64,000 nucleotides of DNA from Octopus vulgaris (lineage: Eukaryota): NCBI GenBank assembly GCA_951406725.2, contig OX597816.1, positions 87,668,001-87,732,000 on the forward strand, written 5' to 3'. The position numbers and the translations under genes were made by a program. Position 1 is the stretch's first letter. The number at the start of each line of letters is the position of its first letter. A model generated the notes under the pieces. That model saw nothing but the letters and a program-made list of their open reading frames with translations, ran no database searches and was not told the DNA's origin. Shown in pieces: positions 14,455 through 27,400 of this stretch.

Positions 14455-14630
14455 TTGGTAGCACATATAAAGCACTCGTTACACTCTTGGAGTGGTTGGC
14501 ATTAGGAAAGGCATCCAGCCATAGAAGCCATGCCAAATTAGACTGGAACCTGGTGCAGCTCCCCAGCTTACCAGTTTTCAGTCAAATTATCCAGCATGTG
14601 CCAGCTTGGATGTTAAATGATAACAACGAT
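14455..14630 (+). mobile_element. RTE 3'UTR copy
   Basis: ggagtggttggcattaggaaaggcatccagcc...gatgttaaatgat. Confidence 0.7.
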
Positions 14631-15499
14631 GTACAGTCAAGCATATTTCTTATTCGTTATTTATCACCATTAAAAAAAAAAATTAGCTCGCTTAGGTATT
14701 AATATTCCATTTCATACCCTCATCTCTAAGTTTACGCATCCTCTCTTTTATCAATATTCTCCAAGCTTAAATGCCTATTTCTCTTACACTATTGTATTTT
14801 CCTACTTCATCTTTTAATATCCTCCGGTTTAATGAATACTATTATTTAGTCTTTTCTCTTAATTTTTTTGTTCTTCTGACCAAACAGATTTAATATTCTT
14901 TCAAACACCTGAAGGTCTTTCTTTCAATCACAGTTTAGTAAATGCTGTTACACCATCACTTTTTCTAACTTTTCCTACTCAAACTCATTTAACTGCATTC
15001 TTCCGACATCGAAGAAGTCCTTCTCCTCTTTTCTATAAAATTCTTCTTTACTTAAGCTACATTTTAATACCCTTAGTTTAACAAATGCCATAATATTACC
15101 AGTTAACCTAATTTGGCTTTTTCTGAGCTCATACCATGATAAGCTAAACTAATTTAATAACCTTCTTCCCATATCTAAAGTCTCCTTTCTCATTTCTTGG
15201 TAAATTTACACTTTCATAGTCACTTTTTTCCTAATCTGTTTTTCTACCGCTTAATCCACTCTGGAGTACAATAGCTTTATAATAACTTTATAATAATATC
15301 AAAAGTGTTCTAAACTCATTTCTTCTAACTTCACAACTTTTCATTAACTTAAGTTTTATGATCTGCGGCTACATTTAAACCTTTGCCATCACATACTGTA
15401 AGTCTTATACTTGATCTTAACCATAAGCTTTGGGGATTTATTCGTGCGTACATAACCCTAGAAATATTTTGCAGTTGAACTGTTTTATACAATAACTAT

Positions 15500-15714
15500 G
15501 TAAGTATTTACATCAGCCATATCTGGCTCAATTATTTCACCTGTTTTATGTTCAATTCAGTAAGATCTGCCTTCTCACACTCGCCCTGCAATGTCATTCT
15601 AAAAATATATAATCCCATCACTGAAATCTCAAAACTGAGATAATGTGTGATTAATTCAAAGCAATGTAAATAAATAAACATTACATTTGACAAACTAATC
15701 TGAATTCTAAAGGG
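15500..15714 (-). mobile_element. piggyBac-type MITE family A
   Basis: Ends tctgaattctaaaggg-TTAA; body matches other A copies in reverse. Confidence 0.72.
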
Positions 15715-15758
15715 TTAAATCTCAACATTCAACCAAAATGCTGTTTTGTTCTACTTAA

Positions 15759-15978
15759 CCCTTTCCTTACAAACCCAGCTGAAACCAGCTCTGGCTCTGA
15801 GTACAAATGTCTTGTTTTCATAAGTTTTCAATTAAAATCTTCCACTGAACTTAAGTCACAATTTATGTTCCTAACACTAACTGAATGATAACTAAGTTAT
15901 TTTACTAAATTCTTTGTTATATTTAAAGTAATTGAAAGAAACTCAGAGCATCTCAAGATAAATACAGTAACGAAAGGG
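15759..15978 (+). mobile_element. piggyBac-type MITE family B, complete
   Basis: TTAA-CCCTTTCCTTAC ... GTAACGAAAGGG-TTAA terminal inverted repeats. Confidence 0.85.
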
Positions 15979-16769
15979 TTAAATTCAGTTACTTAATCAA
16001 CTTAGTTACCATTAGATTTATAATAATATAGAATCTAATGGTCCTAGTTTCAAGCCTTGCTCAACCTACTCTCAAAAGCTACTCCCCTCTTTGTCTCTGT
16101 CTCTTATTTTCTTTTTCTGTTTTTTTTTGTTAACATGCATTTAAGTGACCCCATGGTACATATTTCTCTAAACCTCTGAAGATTTCAGATTATAAATGAA
16201 ACACATTTGTAAGATGTTAATGCTAAGAGAATTTTATAAACTTTCAAGATGACATGAAATAAGTCTCTTTTTGGAACATTGGCTCTTCAAGTACACTACA
16301 TAAAGCTATAAACAATAGCACATAAATATACTGGGTTGAAGAACCCCTTTCGGATGAAAAAAGTTGAAGGCTGCCCTGTCTTATGTACAAAAGATGCTGG
16401 TTCAAATTTTGTAATCAATAGGGTTTCTCAATCCAACATTTTTAGTCTAGTTTTGTCTGTCTACATTCCGAGTTCAAATTCCACCTTTCACTCTTTTGAG
16501 ATTGACAAATTAAGTACCAGTCATTTCGTGGGATTTGTGTTATCAGCTTACCCATCTCCTAAAAAAAAAAAAGAATTAGAAAAAAAACTACTGGTCCTGT
16601 GCCAAAAGATGAAACCATTATTCATGGCTATACATTTGTAAGATCTTTTTTAGACATAAAGATCAAATACTGTTCTTCCCCCCTTATAGAGTTCTTTCTT
16701 TGTTTCCTTGTTATTATGAATAAAGCATATCCTAAGATGTGTGTGTGTATACATATATAATGTGTGTGA

Positions 16770-16806
<37 letters not shown>

Positions 16807-16825
16807 AGATCGGTAGCCACTACAC

Positions 16826-16988
16826 ACATTTTTTTCTCTCCTTGTTTTTTCTGTGTCCCTTTCTGTAGAAGAGTGTAGGCTCGAAACGTAAAAGACTTTT
16901 TCTATTCCTGAACGTTATACTAATACATCTGTTTGTTTTGTACACCACCTGTCTTCGTCTTTTGTTTTTTTTCATGAACTCTCCCCCT

Positions 16989-16990
<2 letters not shown>
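16826..16990 (+). mobile_element. Probable Penelope-like element terminal fragment
   Basis: gaagagtgtaggctcgaaacgtaaaagac motif between TA tracts; a related degenerate copy lies near 40750-40800. Confidence 0.45.
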
Positions 16991-17029
<39 letters not shown>

Positions 17030-17879
17030 AACACACACTTGCACACATGGACGCTGTCCGATGTGTGTCAATATCTTTGTGGGTCAAATATTCATGTATT
17101 CCTTCGAGCGTATGTGTGCATACATCTGTGTATGCTTGTGTTTTACACTATATGAGGAAATGATACTGTATGCTGGTATTCTAATACACTTTCAGAGAGG
17201 CCTTATATCTACACATCCTGTATATGTGTGTGTGTGTGTGTGTGTGCATCAATATGTTTTATGCATGTATCTGTGTTCTCGTATGTAGCACATAACCACA
17301 TACATTCGTGCATTTTTCCCAGCACATACATACATACACAGACACACATTCACACACACACACACACACACACACAGATTTACACACATATGTGTGCATG
17401 TCTTGCTAATGTGTTCTATGCATGCATGCATGCATGTATGTCTTTATTCAACACATAAGCACATACATTCTCCACACGCACTTATACTCCACATGCACGC
17501 ACACACACACACACAGATGTATGCATGCATACAGAAAATGCCTGCAATCTATTTTCATTTCCACCTTCTTCTGCGATTGCCTCTAGCAAAGTCATGCAAT
17601 GAAGATGTAGGTAACAGCAAATAAGACATGCACAACACACACACACACACACACACATACACACGCGCGTGCATACACGCATCAACAAATCAACCACTAT
17701 GATAATCTTTGACAATATATTTTGTCATTTCTCATTTGTATTTTAATTTTCTTTGTTTTGTTTCGCTTTTTGTTTCCTTTTCTTTTTTCTCTTTTACTAT
17801 CTTTTCTCATATACATGTGGAATATTTGTTATTCATCAGTTAAGTTTACGCTGTCATATTGTTCTTGTAAGCATTGTTG

Positions 17880-17912
<33 letters not shown>

Positions 17913-18096
17913 TTGTTGTTGTTGATGTGATTGTTGTCAATGTTAACTTTTACTTGTTCTTTTTTTTTGATTTTGTGCCCTTCTTTTTGTTACTTTGTTA
18001 CTTTTTTTATTTATGTTTTTCTTTGCTATTCTTGAATGATTCACCAATTGCTGCATGACTTATCTCTTGGTTTTACGTGTGTGTATGTGTAAATGT

Positions 18097-18487
<391 letters not shown>

Positions 18488-18575
18488 TTTACTTGTGAAT
18501 GTATAGTTCTATGTCTGTCTATATACTCAGTGTGTGCAAGTATGAATATGTGTTTTTGTATATGTATGTCTATAT

Positions 18576-18613
<38 letters not shown>

Positions 18614-18757
18614 GTGTCTATTTGTATGCAGATACATGTATACATATGTATGCGTTTATATGTGTACATGAATGCATATGCGGAGAATGTGAATGATAAA
18701 AATAAAGATATGTGCATCATAAAGTCTGTGTGTATGTATGAAACTCATATCACACAC

Positions 18758-18791
<34 letters not shown>

Positions 18792-19134
18792 GTAAATCAC
18801 ATATATTACTGCTTGCAGTGCTGTGCAATATGTTGAGCCAAGCTAGAAATAAACTTCTGAACATCATCAATTCAAGCCTGCAGTTATTATCTGCATCTTT
18901 GGAAATTTGCATGATGCTGCCATAACTTCCGTTCCTTAAGCCTTCACTGCTAAATGAGTGTCAACTTGAGCAGTTTCTGAAGACTTTCTCTTTTATTAGG
19001 GAATTTGGAATTGGTTTGTCTTCCTTTGCATTAAGATCATTTATTAATGTATGCAGGCACCTAGCTGGCTCCCTGTCTCCAAACATGCACACACATACAC
19101 ACATTTGTGTATGTAAATACGTGTTTGTGAATAT

Positions 19135-19147
19135 ATGTATATATGTC

Positions 19148-19178
<31 letters not shown>

Positions 19179-19183
19179 GTCTT

Positions 19184-19220
<37 letters not shown>

Positions 19221-19347
19221 GTTATATATATATGTGTATATATATATATATTATATATATATATATATGTTTATATATATATATATATGTATATATATAT
19301 GTATATATATATATCTTTATATATGTATATATGTATATATATATATA

Positions 19348-19391
<44 letters not shown>

Positions 19392-19667
19392 AGTATATGT
19401 ATATATATATATGTCTATATATGTATATATATATGTATATATATATATATATGTCTATATATGTGTATATATATATATATATGTCTATATATGTGTATAT
19501 ATATATATATGTCTATATATGTATATATATATATATGTCTATATATGTATATGTATATATATATATATGTCTATATATGTATATGTATATATATATATAT
19601 GTCTATATATGTATATGTATATATATATATATGTCTATATATGTATATGTATATATATATATATGTC

Positions 19668-19698
<31 letters not shown>

Positions 19699-19953
19699 GT
19701 CTGTATATGTATATGTATATATATATATGTCTATGTATATATATATATGTCTATATATGTATATGTATATATATATATGTCTATATATGTACATATATAT
19801 GTCTATATATGTATATGTCTATATATGTATATATATATATATATATCTATATATGTATATGTATATATATATATGTCTATATATGTATATGTATATATGT
19901 ATATGTATATATGTATATGTCTATATATGTATATGTATATACATATATGTCTG

Positions 19954-19986
<33 letters not shown>

Positions 19987-20110
19987 GTCTATATATGTAT
20001 GTATATATATGTCTATATATATGTCTATATATGTGTCTACATATGTGTGTATATATGTATATATATGTGTGTATATATGTATATATATATGTATGTATGT
20101 ATCTATATAT
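19135..20110. repeat. ~1 kb (TA)n-derived compound satellite with recurring atgtctatatatgtatatgt unit
   Basis: Directly visible; source of the 398, 323 and 257 aa Y/I/M/C-rich ORFs. Confidence 0.95.
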
Positions 20111-21304
20111 TTAGTCTGTGCCTATACATACACATACATGTTTCGCTATTGTGGCGGTATGTATGTATGTATCTGTTTATCTAACTACCTTTGTGTATGT
20201 GTCTGTACATAAATGCATGTACATATGTGTGTGTGTGTGTGTGTATGTTCCATTTGTAGGCCTATATCTATATTTAATCCCCCCCCTCTATCATTCTGCT
20301 TTTCATATTTTTTTGCTCATATTCTTTATTTGTAATTCTAACCCAGTATTTGTGTGTGTGTGAGCATGCATATATAAATAATCAGAGTAAGACATTTATG
20401 AAGAGTAATACCTGTCTGTCTGTATGTCTGTCCGTGTCTGTTTGTCACTTGCAACCCACATATTTTGTATCCACAATCACAGACCACATTTTTCAAATAA
20501 TCATCATTCAATCACATTCATAGTACATATGATACTCTCCTCCACACTCTCCCCTCATCATCTCTCCCCATTCTAATACTCCTAAAGAATTTGCCAATTA
20601 TATTCTTAAAACAAAAGAATGCATTCATTAAGGCAACGACCCTCCTCCACTACAAAAAATGATAAACGCGAAAATAACACATACAAAAATCAATATCAAA
20701 ACCATGATACAAATTGTAAAACAGTATCAAAATAACCCAAAACCTAATTGCTTTTAACCTAAATATTTCAATATGGCTGTTAAAAGATGGCAGTATCTTT
20801 GAAAGTTGACAAAAGATGGACCAATTTTTGTACAAAATGTGTTGGGAGATTGACAAATAATTTGAATAATTGAACAAATTCTTTTATTCATTTTCTTGAA
20901 TTACGAAAAAAAAATGTTTGTTATGGTTTGGATTTGTGGAGGTAATGATTTTTCTTTTCTTTGTGTGCAGAGAGAGAGAGATATGTAGTGAGGTGAGTGG
21001 GAAAGAGAACACAATGGCAAGCGTATGCATAGAGAGAATTTTCTTACTCTTTTGTTCTTATCTTTAATTGAACAATTGGTATAATTTTCTGTTTTAGTAA
21101 AATTATTGCTGTGCTTTTGTTTTCTTTATCCTACCCACTCATCGTTCCCAATCCTCTAGACCACTTCTGTTATATTCATCTTTCTGTAACTTGAGGGCAT
21201 GCCCTGGCATGTCTTCACTATTTTCTCTTGTTTCCAACTGAGGTAGCAATGTATCTCCTCTCATCACATAAAGCCACCTCTCTCAATACCCCAATTACCT
21301 CAAC

Positions 21305-21476
21305 CTAGGCCTCCATATCTACGGCGTTCACCGCTGAAATAAGGAATGGTTGGAGATCATGCGGTTGTTAGCCTCAAATCGCCAGGTCTGGTCGGCGTTT
21401 GTGAGAGATGCTGCACTGAGGAGGAATGAAGCCAGCTCAACCCACCCCGGGTGAATGCTGTCTCAAGAAGAAGAAA
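21305..21476 (+). mobile_element. RTE-clade LINE 3' end fragment
   Basis: Translates GLHIYGVHR*NKEWLEIMRLLASNRQVWSAFVRDAALRRNEASSTHPG*, followed by a (GAA)n tail; AxNRxxWxxxV is typical of RTE ORF2 C-termini. Confidence 0.6.
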
Positions 21477-22821
21477 AAATACTTCAAAAGGGGTCTTGTT
21501 TCGCAAGTTACTTGACCTCACTGGTGCTGGTGCCATGTAAAAAAAAAAATACCTGGGTGCACTCTGTAAAGTGGTTGGTGTTAGAAAGGGAATGCAACTG
21601 AAGAAACCCATGTCGATTTGATGTAGCCCACTGGCTCACCAGCTCCTTTCAAACCCACCGAACCATGTCACTACAGAAAATGGATGTTAAATGGTGATGA
21701 TTATGCTGCTATATATGTTTTTGTATGTCATCATGTCATCGTTTTATATCTGGTCTTATGTGTTGGGTCAGTTGCCTGGGTTGCCACTGTCTGTGGCAAT
21801 TCTTATATCATCATCATCGTTTAACATCCGTTCTCCATGCTAGCATGGGTTAAAGTTACCAAACAAAAACACGTGCACACATACACACACAGATGATGGG
21901 CTTCTTTCACAGGGTTATGGTCAACTTTAGGCTATGGTTGGCATTAGGAGGGACATCCGACCATAGAAACCATGGCATATCAGATTGGAACCTGGTGCAC
22001 CTCCCTGGCTTACCAGTTCTCTATCAAACCATCCAATCCATGCCAGCATGGAAAACAGAATTAAATGATGATGATGGTGGTGGTGGTGGTGGTGGTGGTG
22101 GTGGTGGTGGCAGTGGCGGCTTGCTCAAGGTGCCACACAGTTGGGCTAAACTCAGAGCCATGTGGTTGGGAAGTAGACTTCTTAACCACACAACCACTCT
22201 TTCTCACAGTTTCCATCTCCCAAATTTACTATGTATCGGTCAACCTGACTTTAAGTAAGAGGACACTTGCTCGTGGTATGATGCTGTGTGATGCAAACCT
22301 AACTTCTCAACTACAAAAACGTGCTTATTTATGTTATTTTATTAGTTATGAAAATAATCAAAGATGCAGAGGGCTTTACAGACATCGTCTGACATTCAAC
22401 AGATTCTCTCTGTGTGTGTGTGTGTGTGTGTGTGTGCATGCTTGAGTACTTGTCTGAGTGTGTGTGTTCTTTTGGTCTTTATCTATCTAGGCCTTCAGTT
22501 TCTGTTTATAATAGCTTCTTGAAGGTCAAATAATCAGGGAGTTAGGACTGGCATGTGTGCGCAGGCAGGCATGCAGATGTACAAAACTCTGTGTGTATCT
22601 GTGTGCGTGTACACACACATGTACACATACATACACCCAGTACATATATATATATATATATATATACATGCACACACATACATACATATATGCATACACA
22701 CATATGAAGATATATATGAATGTGAATGAAACTAGATATGCATATGAATGCAAGTATATATAAATATATATATGAAAAAACAAGTCAAGATAGAAAATGC
22801 TAAAATAATTTTATTAAAGAA

Positions 22822-22869
22822 CATTTCAGTACCGGTTTCAGTCATTTTGAGACCTTTTCAACTGTAACG
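22822..22869 (-). ncRNA. Minimal type I hammerhead ribozyme-like motif (U3-A8 core variant), probably a Penelope-like element terminus
   Basis: Minus-strand RNA: CGUUACAG UUGAAAA GGUC-UCAAAAU-GACU GAAA CCGG UA CUGAAAUG. Stem I CAG/CUG (extendable), core UUGAAAA, stem II GGUC/GACU, GAAA, palindromic stem III ACCGGU, GUA cleavage triplet. Confidence 0.55.
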
Positions 22870-23035
22870 ATTAAATAATTAAATTGAGAAAAATTAAAAG
22901 AAAAGTTTTTTTTTAAAAGAATATTTGTATAGTGTTCAAATATAAGTGGCATTTTCCTTGTTTTCTGCCTTTCTCTGTCTCTCTTGTTTACACTTGTGGG
23001 TTCCAGGTCGTTGTAAATATATATATATTTAAGTC

Positions 23036-23232
23036 TTTATTGCCCACAAAGGGTTAAACATAGAGGGGACAAGCAAGGACGGACAAAGGGACTAAGTCGA
23101 TTACATCAACCCCAATGCTTAACTGGTACTTATTTAATCGACTCCGAAAGGATGAAAGGCAAAGTCAACCTTGGCAGAATTTGAACTCAGAACATAGCAG
23201 CAGAGGAAATACCGTTAAGCATTTCACCTGGT
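23036..23232 (-). mobile_element. Meta-domain SINE
   Basis: Reverse complement of the 33239-33470 family. Confidence 0.82.
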
Positions 23233-23716
23233 GTGCTTCTTAACTATAAATATATAGTTAAGAAGCTAGGGTTAAGAAACTTGTTTTGAAACCATGTGGT
23301 TTTGGGTTCAGTCCTACTGTATGGTACTTTGGAGAAGTGTCCTTCCATGCTGGCATGGGTTGGACGGTTTGACTGAGGACAGGCAAGCCAGGAGGCTGCA
23401 CCAGATTCCAATCTGGTCTGGCAAGATCTGGATGCCCTTCCTAATGCCTATATTATATATATTTCGTTTAAGCTTTGCAATACTAACAACCTCATGTAGA
23501 ACTCAATATACATATGCTTTAGAATGAAGTGTTAGTCAAACACAGGGTGGTAATATGAAAAATGAGATGACAAAGAAATAAACAACTATCATGTGAGCTT
23601 CATTAGCTGCATGTTGTAGCAGAAACAGCTGTAAGCTTATGAGGTTCATAAGATAATTGTTTGCTTGTGCATATGTATGTATAAATGGGTTTATATATGT
23701 AATATATATATATATA

Positions 23717-23968
23717 CTGTGTTTGGTGCATAATTATTGCAGCTTTTTCTCAACAAATTTTATTCAACAAAAACAATAACAATATTTAACAAAAACATCC
23801 TTCAATGACAGTCTGACCGTCTGCCAAGCAAATGGGAAACAGTAATTGAAGTAGATGGTGAATATGCTCCGGAATAATCATTTAAAGATGTTTTTGTTAC
23901 ATGTTGTTATTGTTTTAGTTGAATAAAATTTGCTGAAAAAAAGCCGCAATAATTATGCACCAACCCAA
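23717..23968 (+). mobile_element. mariner-derived MITE with ~90-bp TIRs and a transposase C-terminal stub
   Basis: TA-flanked; TIRs ttggtgcataattattgc...aacaaaaacatc / gatgtttttgtt...gcaataattatgcaccaa; spacer encodes DRLPSKWETVIEVDGEYAPE* (mariner LPxRWxxCIExxGxY motif). Confidence 0.8.
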
Positions 23969-23989
23969 TATATATATAAATATATGTAT

Positions 23990-24143
23990 TTCGGAATGGT
24001 TGCTGTTAGGAAGGGCATCCAGCTGTAGAAACTCTGCCAGACCAGATTGGAGCCTGGTGCAGCCTTCTGGCTTGCCAGTCTTCAGTCAAACCGTCCAACC
24101 CATGCCAGCATGGAAAGCGGACGTTAAACGATGATGATGATGA
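23990..24143 (+). mobile_element. RTE 3'UTR copy, young
   Basis: aggaagggcatccagctgtagaaactctgcc...aacccatgccagcatggaaagcggacgttaaacgatgatgatg. Confidence 0.85.
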
Positions 24144-24147
24144 TAAA

Positions 24148-24302
24148 ATTATAATAAGGGCAACCACATTGTAGTGCCACATGCTAGATGATATTAACCG
24201 ACTCTAATTATCACAGACACTCTGTGATAAATAAAGTAGTTTTAAGTCATTTGACATCTTCTTCTAGCATGTGGCACTAAAATGTAGTTGCCCTTATAAT
24301 TA
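24148..24302. mobile_element. Foldback element / MITE with ~35-40 bp TIRs
   Basis: aagggcaaccacattgtagtgccacatgctaga / tctagcatgtggcactaaaatgtagttgccctt, plus an inner hairpin atcacaga-cac-tctgtgat. Confidence 0.65.
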
Positions 24303-24421
24303 TTATTAAAAAAATTATAATACTTCGTATTAATTTATACCTAAAAGTTTTTACATGCTAGCTACTTGATAAAATCCTATAGAGATTTTATTCTTGATTA
24401 TTGTTATTTATGTACGTATTG

Positions 24422-24462
<41 letters not shown>

Positions 24463-27400
24463 CTTGTGCATTTGTGTGTGTAAATGGGTTTATGTATATT
24501 GTATATTGCATGTATGTAGTTGAATACATATGTTCATATGTTTTTTTGTATGTCTAGGGTGTTATCTTAATAGAGTACCACACATTTTAAAGGTCAAGTC
24601 GAAAGGGAATTAGCATACATCTCTAAGCGTGCTTGTGCATGCGTGTATGTACATGTGTGTGTGTTTGTGGGTCTACGTACGTATGTGTTTCCACTGTCTG
24701 TGCTGTGTGAATGCTTCTATATCTATCTCTGTTTCTTTGTGTGTGTGTGTATGCCCTGGGGGTGGTTTATCTTTGATATAGTTTTGATGGCCAGGTTTAT
24801 CATTGGGTTTGCACAGGTGTATCTCTGTATGTATGTGTGTAGGTGTGCATGTCTATATACGTTTGTGTGTGCGTGTGTGTGTAAGGTGTATAATTATGTC
24901 TGTTGAGTGTCTGGTTGTATTGAAATGTGTGTGTGTGTGTGTGAAACCAGGCTTGTGTTTTGATATGATATAATTCTGAAGAGCAAGATGATAGAGGAAG
25001 AAATCTATTAAGATTAGAGATATGGTGTGTGTGTATACACATCTGTGCATTTGTGAGTGTACTTTGTGTGTATCTGTGAGTGTAATGTGTGTGAAAGCAA
25101 GAGAATTTATCTTAACTACATGAGCTACATGTGAAGGAATTTTCTTCACACTAAGCATACATAGTTTGTGTGTGTGTGTGTAGCTCTAGTGTATCTGTGA
25201 ATCAAGATTAATATATTAAATAGGACATGTGTTTGAGCAGATCTTCATACTAAACACAGATAGTTATACGCAATGCGTCTTCTGTGTGCATACAGAGGTT
25301 TGTGTATGTCTGTGTGTGTAGTTTTGTGTGTTTAAATTCAAAACCTCCAGCTAAAGTTCAAATCTTACTTTGCTGTCTTTCACTTTGATGAAACAAGCAA
25401 TAGTATCTTTCTTTTGGGAGAAGTGATGGTGGCAGTGGGGTTATTTAATCAATTATAATGCTTCCCACCTGTCCGTTTATATCTGCTCATTTAAATCCGT
25501 TTTATCATGCTACTTTATATATGTGTGAGATAGATGCTGTTCTGCTGAGGCAATTGTTTGAATATCTGAACGCTCTTTCCATTGCTCAGCATTTAACTGA
25601 GACCTATATACGATCACTTCAGTTGATAGAAAACGCAGACAGATTTCTATTAATCACTTCCTATAGTATTATGACAGCGAGAAAGCCATATCATATAGGG
25701 TAGTCCTATATACACTATGTCACTAAAAAGGAAGGGCCGGAAAGCCTTTGTACTTGTGCATGTTTGACCAGGCGGATAACATGCTATAACAGCTGTGAAT
25801 TATTTGTCAATCAGGCAAATTATATGATATATCATGCAGTTGTGTCTTTGCCTCGTCTACAGATTTATATTAATAACTGTTATAAAATCTAAAGTTATGA
25901 CAATGCAGTTAGTCTGTACAGCACTTTGTCTCTCTTTCTATGTATCTCTTTGTCTGTCTATCTTACCTGTCTCCTCTTCATGTCCATTGGCCAGCTTGGC
26001 CCAAGAGCTCATCCCCAGTTACCTTTTCTTGATAGAATAACATCCAACTTTTAAAAGATTTGGTTACACAGCTCTTTTCAGAATAAACCCTTTATGACAT
26101 AACAGGTGAATGTTGCAAGACCTTTCAGAAAATTATAATAGTTGAACATAACAACAGGTGTACTTGATGCAGTCCTTTAACAAGTAAATATAACAAAGTA
26201 CCATTTGAGCACTGGGGTTGATGTAATTGAATTAACTACTGTCAGGTATGACTATAAAATACTGCAACCCTCAGCCAAGCCAGGTCAAGCCAGTGTGAAG
26301 TGTAGGTTCATCAAACCAGTATAATCTCATGGTCTCCATACCAGACTGTGTCTGGTGGAGGGAACATGCTGAACCCTTCGACCTACAGTGGACTGAACAT
26401 AGGCAATCCAATCCAGTCCCGTAACAATCCTCTAGAACCTAACATCAGATGAATATAACAGCCTTTTATGATAAATATACCAATTTAGAACACGAAAACA
26501 GGTAAACATGGATACAACTATTTAGAACATAATACCACTGTTCAGAGCATAATCACAGGTAAACATAACACCATCTTTTAGACATAATAAGCAAGTGATA
26601 TTGCCACAACTATTTAAAGCAACATAACAGGTGCACAAGATACAAATTAGAGGAACATAATAGATTAATCAGTATAGTTATAAAACTGACCTGCTTTAAT
26701 TAGCAGCCAAATTCCCATCAAATCATTCCTTATTTTAAACACATTAGGTAATGTGCATATTTAGAATAATGATCTCATGGATATATTATTTATATCTTTA
26801 ACAAAGATTGGATAATTGCAGCTTGAAGGCCTTTGACCTGCAGTCTGCTTTGCCAGGACTGAGAGGGGGTTAATCAAATTCTAAAGAAGTGATAAAAAAT
26901 AAACCCAAAATGTCTTTATTAATTTTTTAATTCATAATTATAAAGTTTCGCTGTTGTTCTGTAATAGTGTCTGCTTAAAGAACCTTTCTCAATAAAAAAC
27001 TAATTACCAATGTCTCTTTGACATGAATTGAATCAGGCACCTCTTGTTTACCAAGCTTACGTGCTAATTATTGCATGCAACATAGGGATGTTGTATAATG
27101 CCTCTCTGCATGTAGAAGTAAAAGAAGTATGGGATGTGATGAGGTTCAAACTTTTCTTTGGGTTTTGGTGGGTTAGCAGTAGCCGAAATGTAAAGCTAAC
27201 ACCACCGTCACTGCCACCACCACTACCACTACTACCACCATTCAAGAATTGAAACTCATTACCATTTGATCTGACTTCCTTGAAAACTGAACTGGTTGTT
27301 TGTATCAATCAAAAAACCATTTAATTTCTTTTAGTTCTTTGTTTCATTATTCTCTGCAAAATTGTCCCTCCTGGTCCCACCCCGCTGTTCTTAGACATCC

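Noticed and set aside
19016-20212. 398-aa ORF and overlapping 323/257-aa ORFs
   Set aside because: Translation of a (TA)n/(TATG)n satellite that lacks stop codons by composition; not protein-like.
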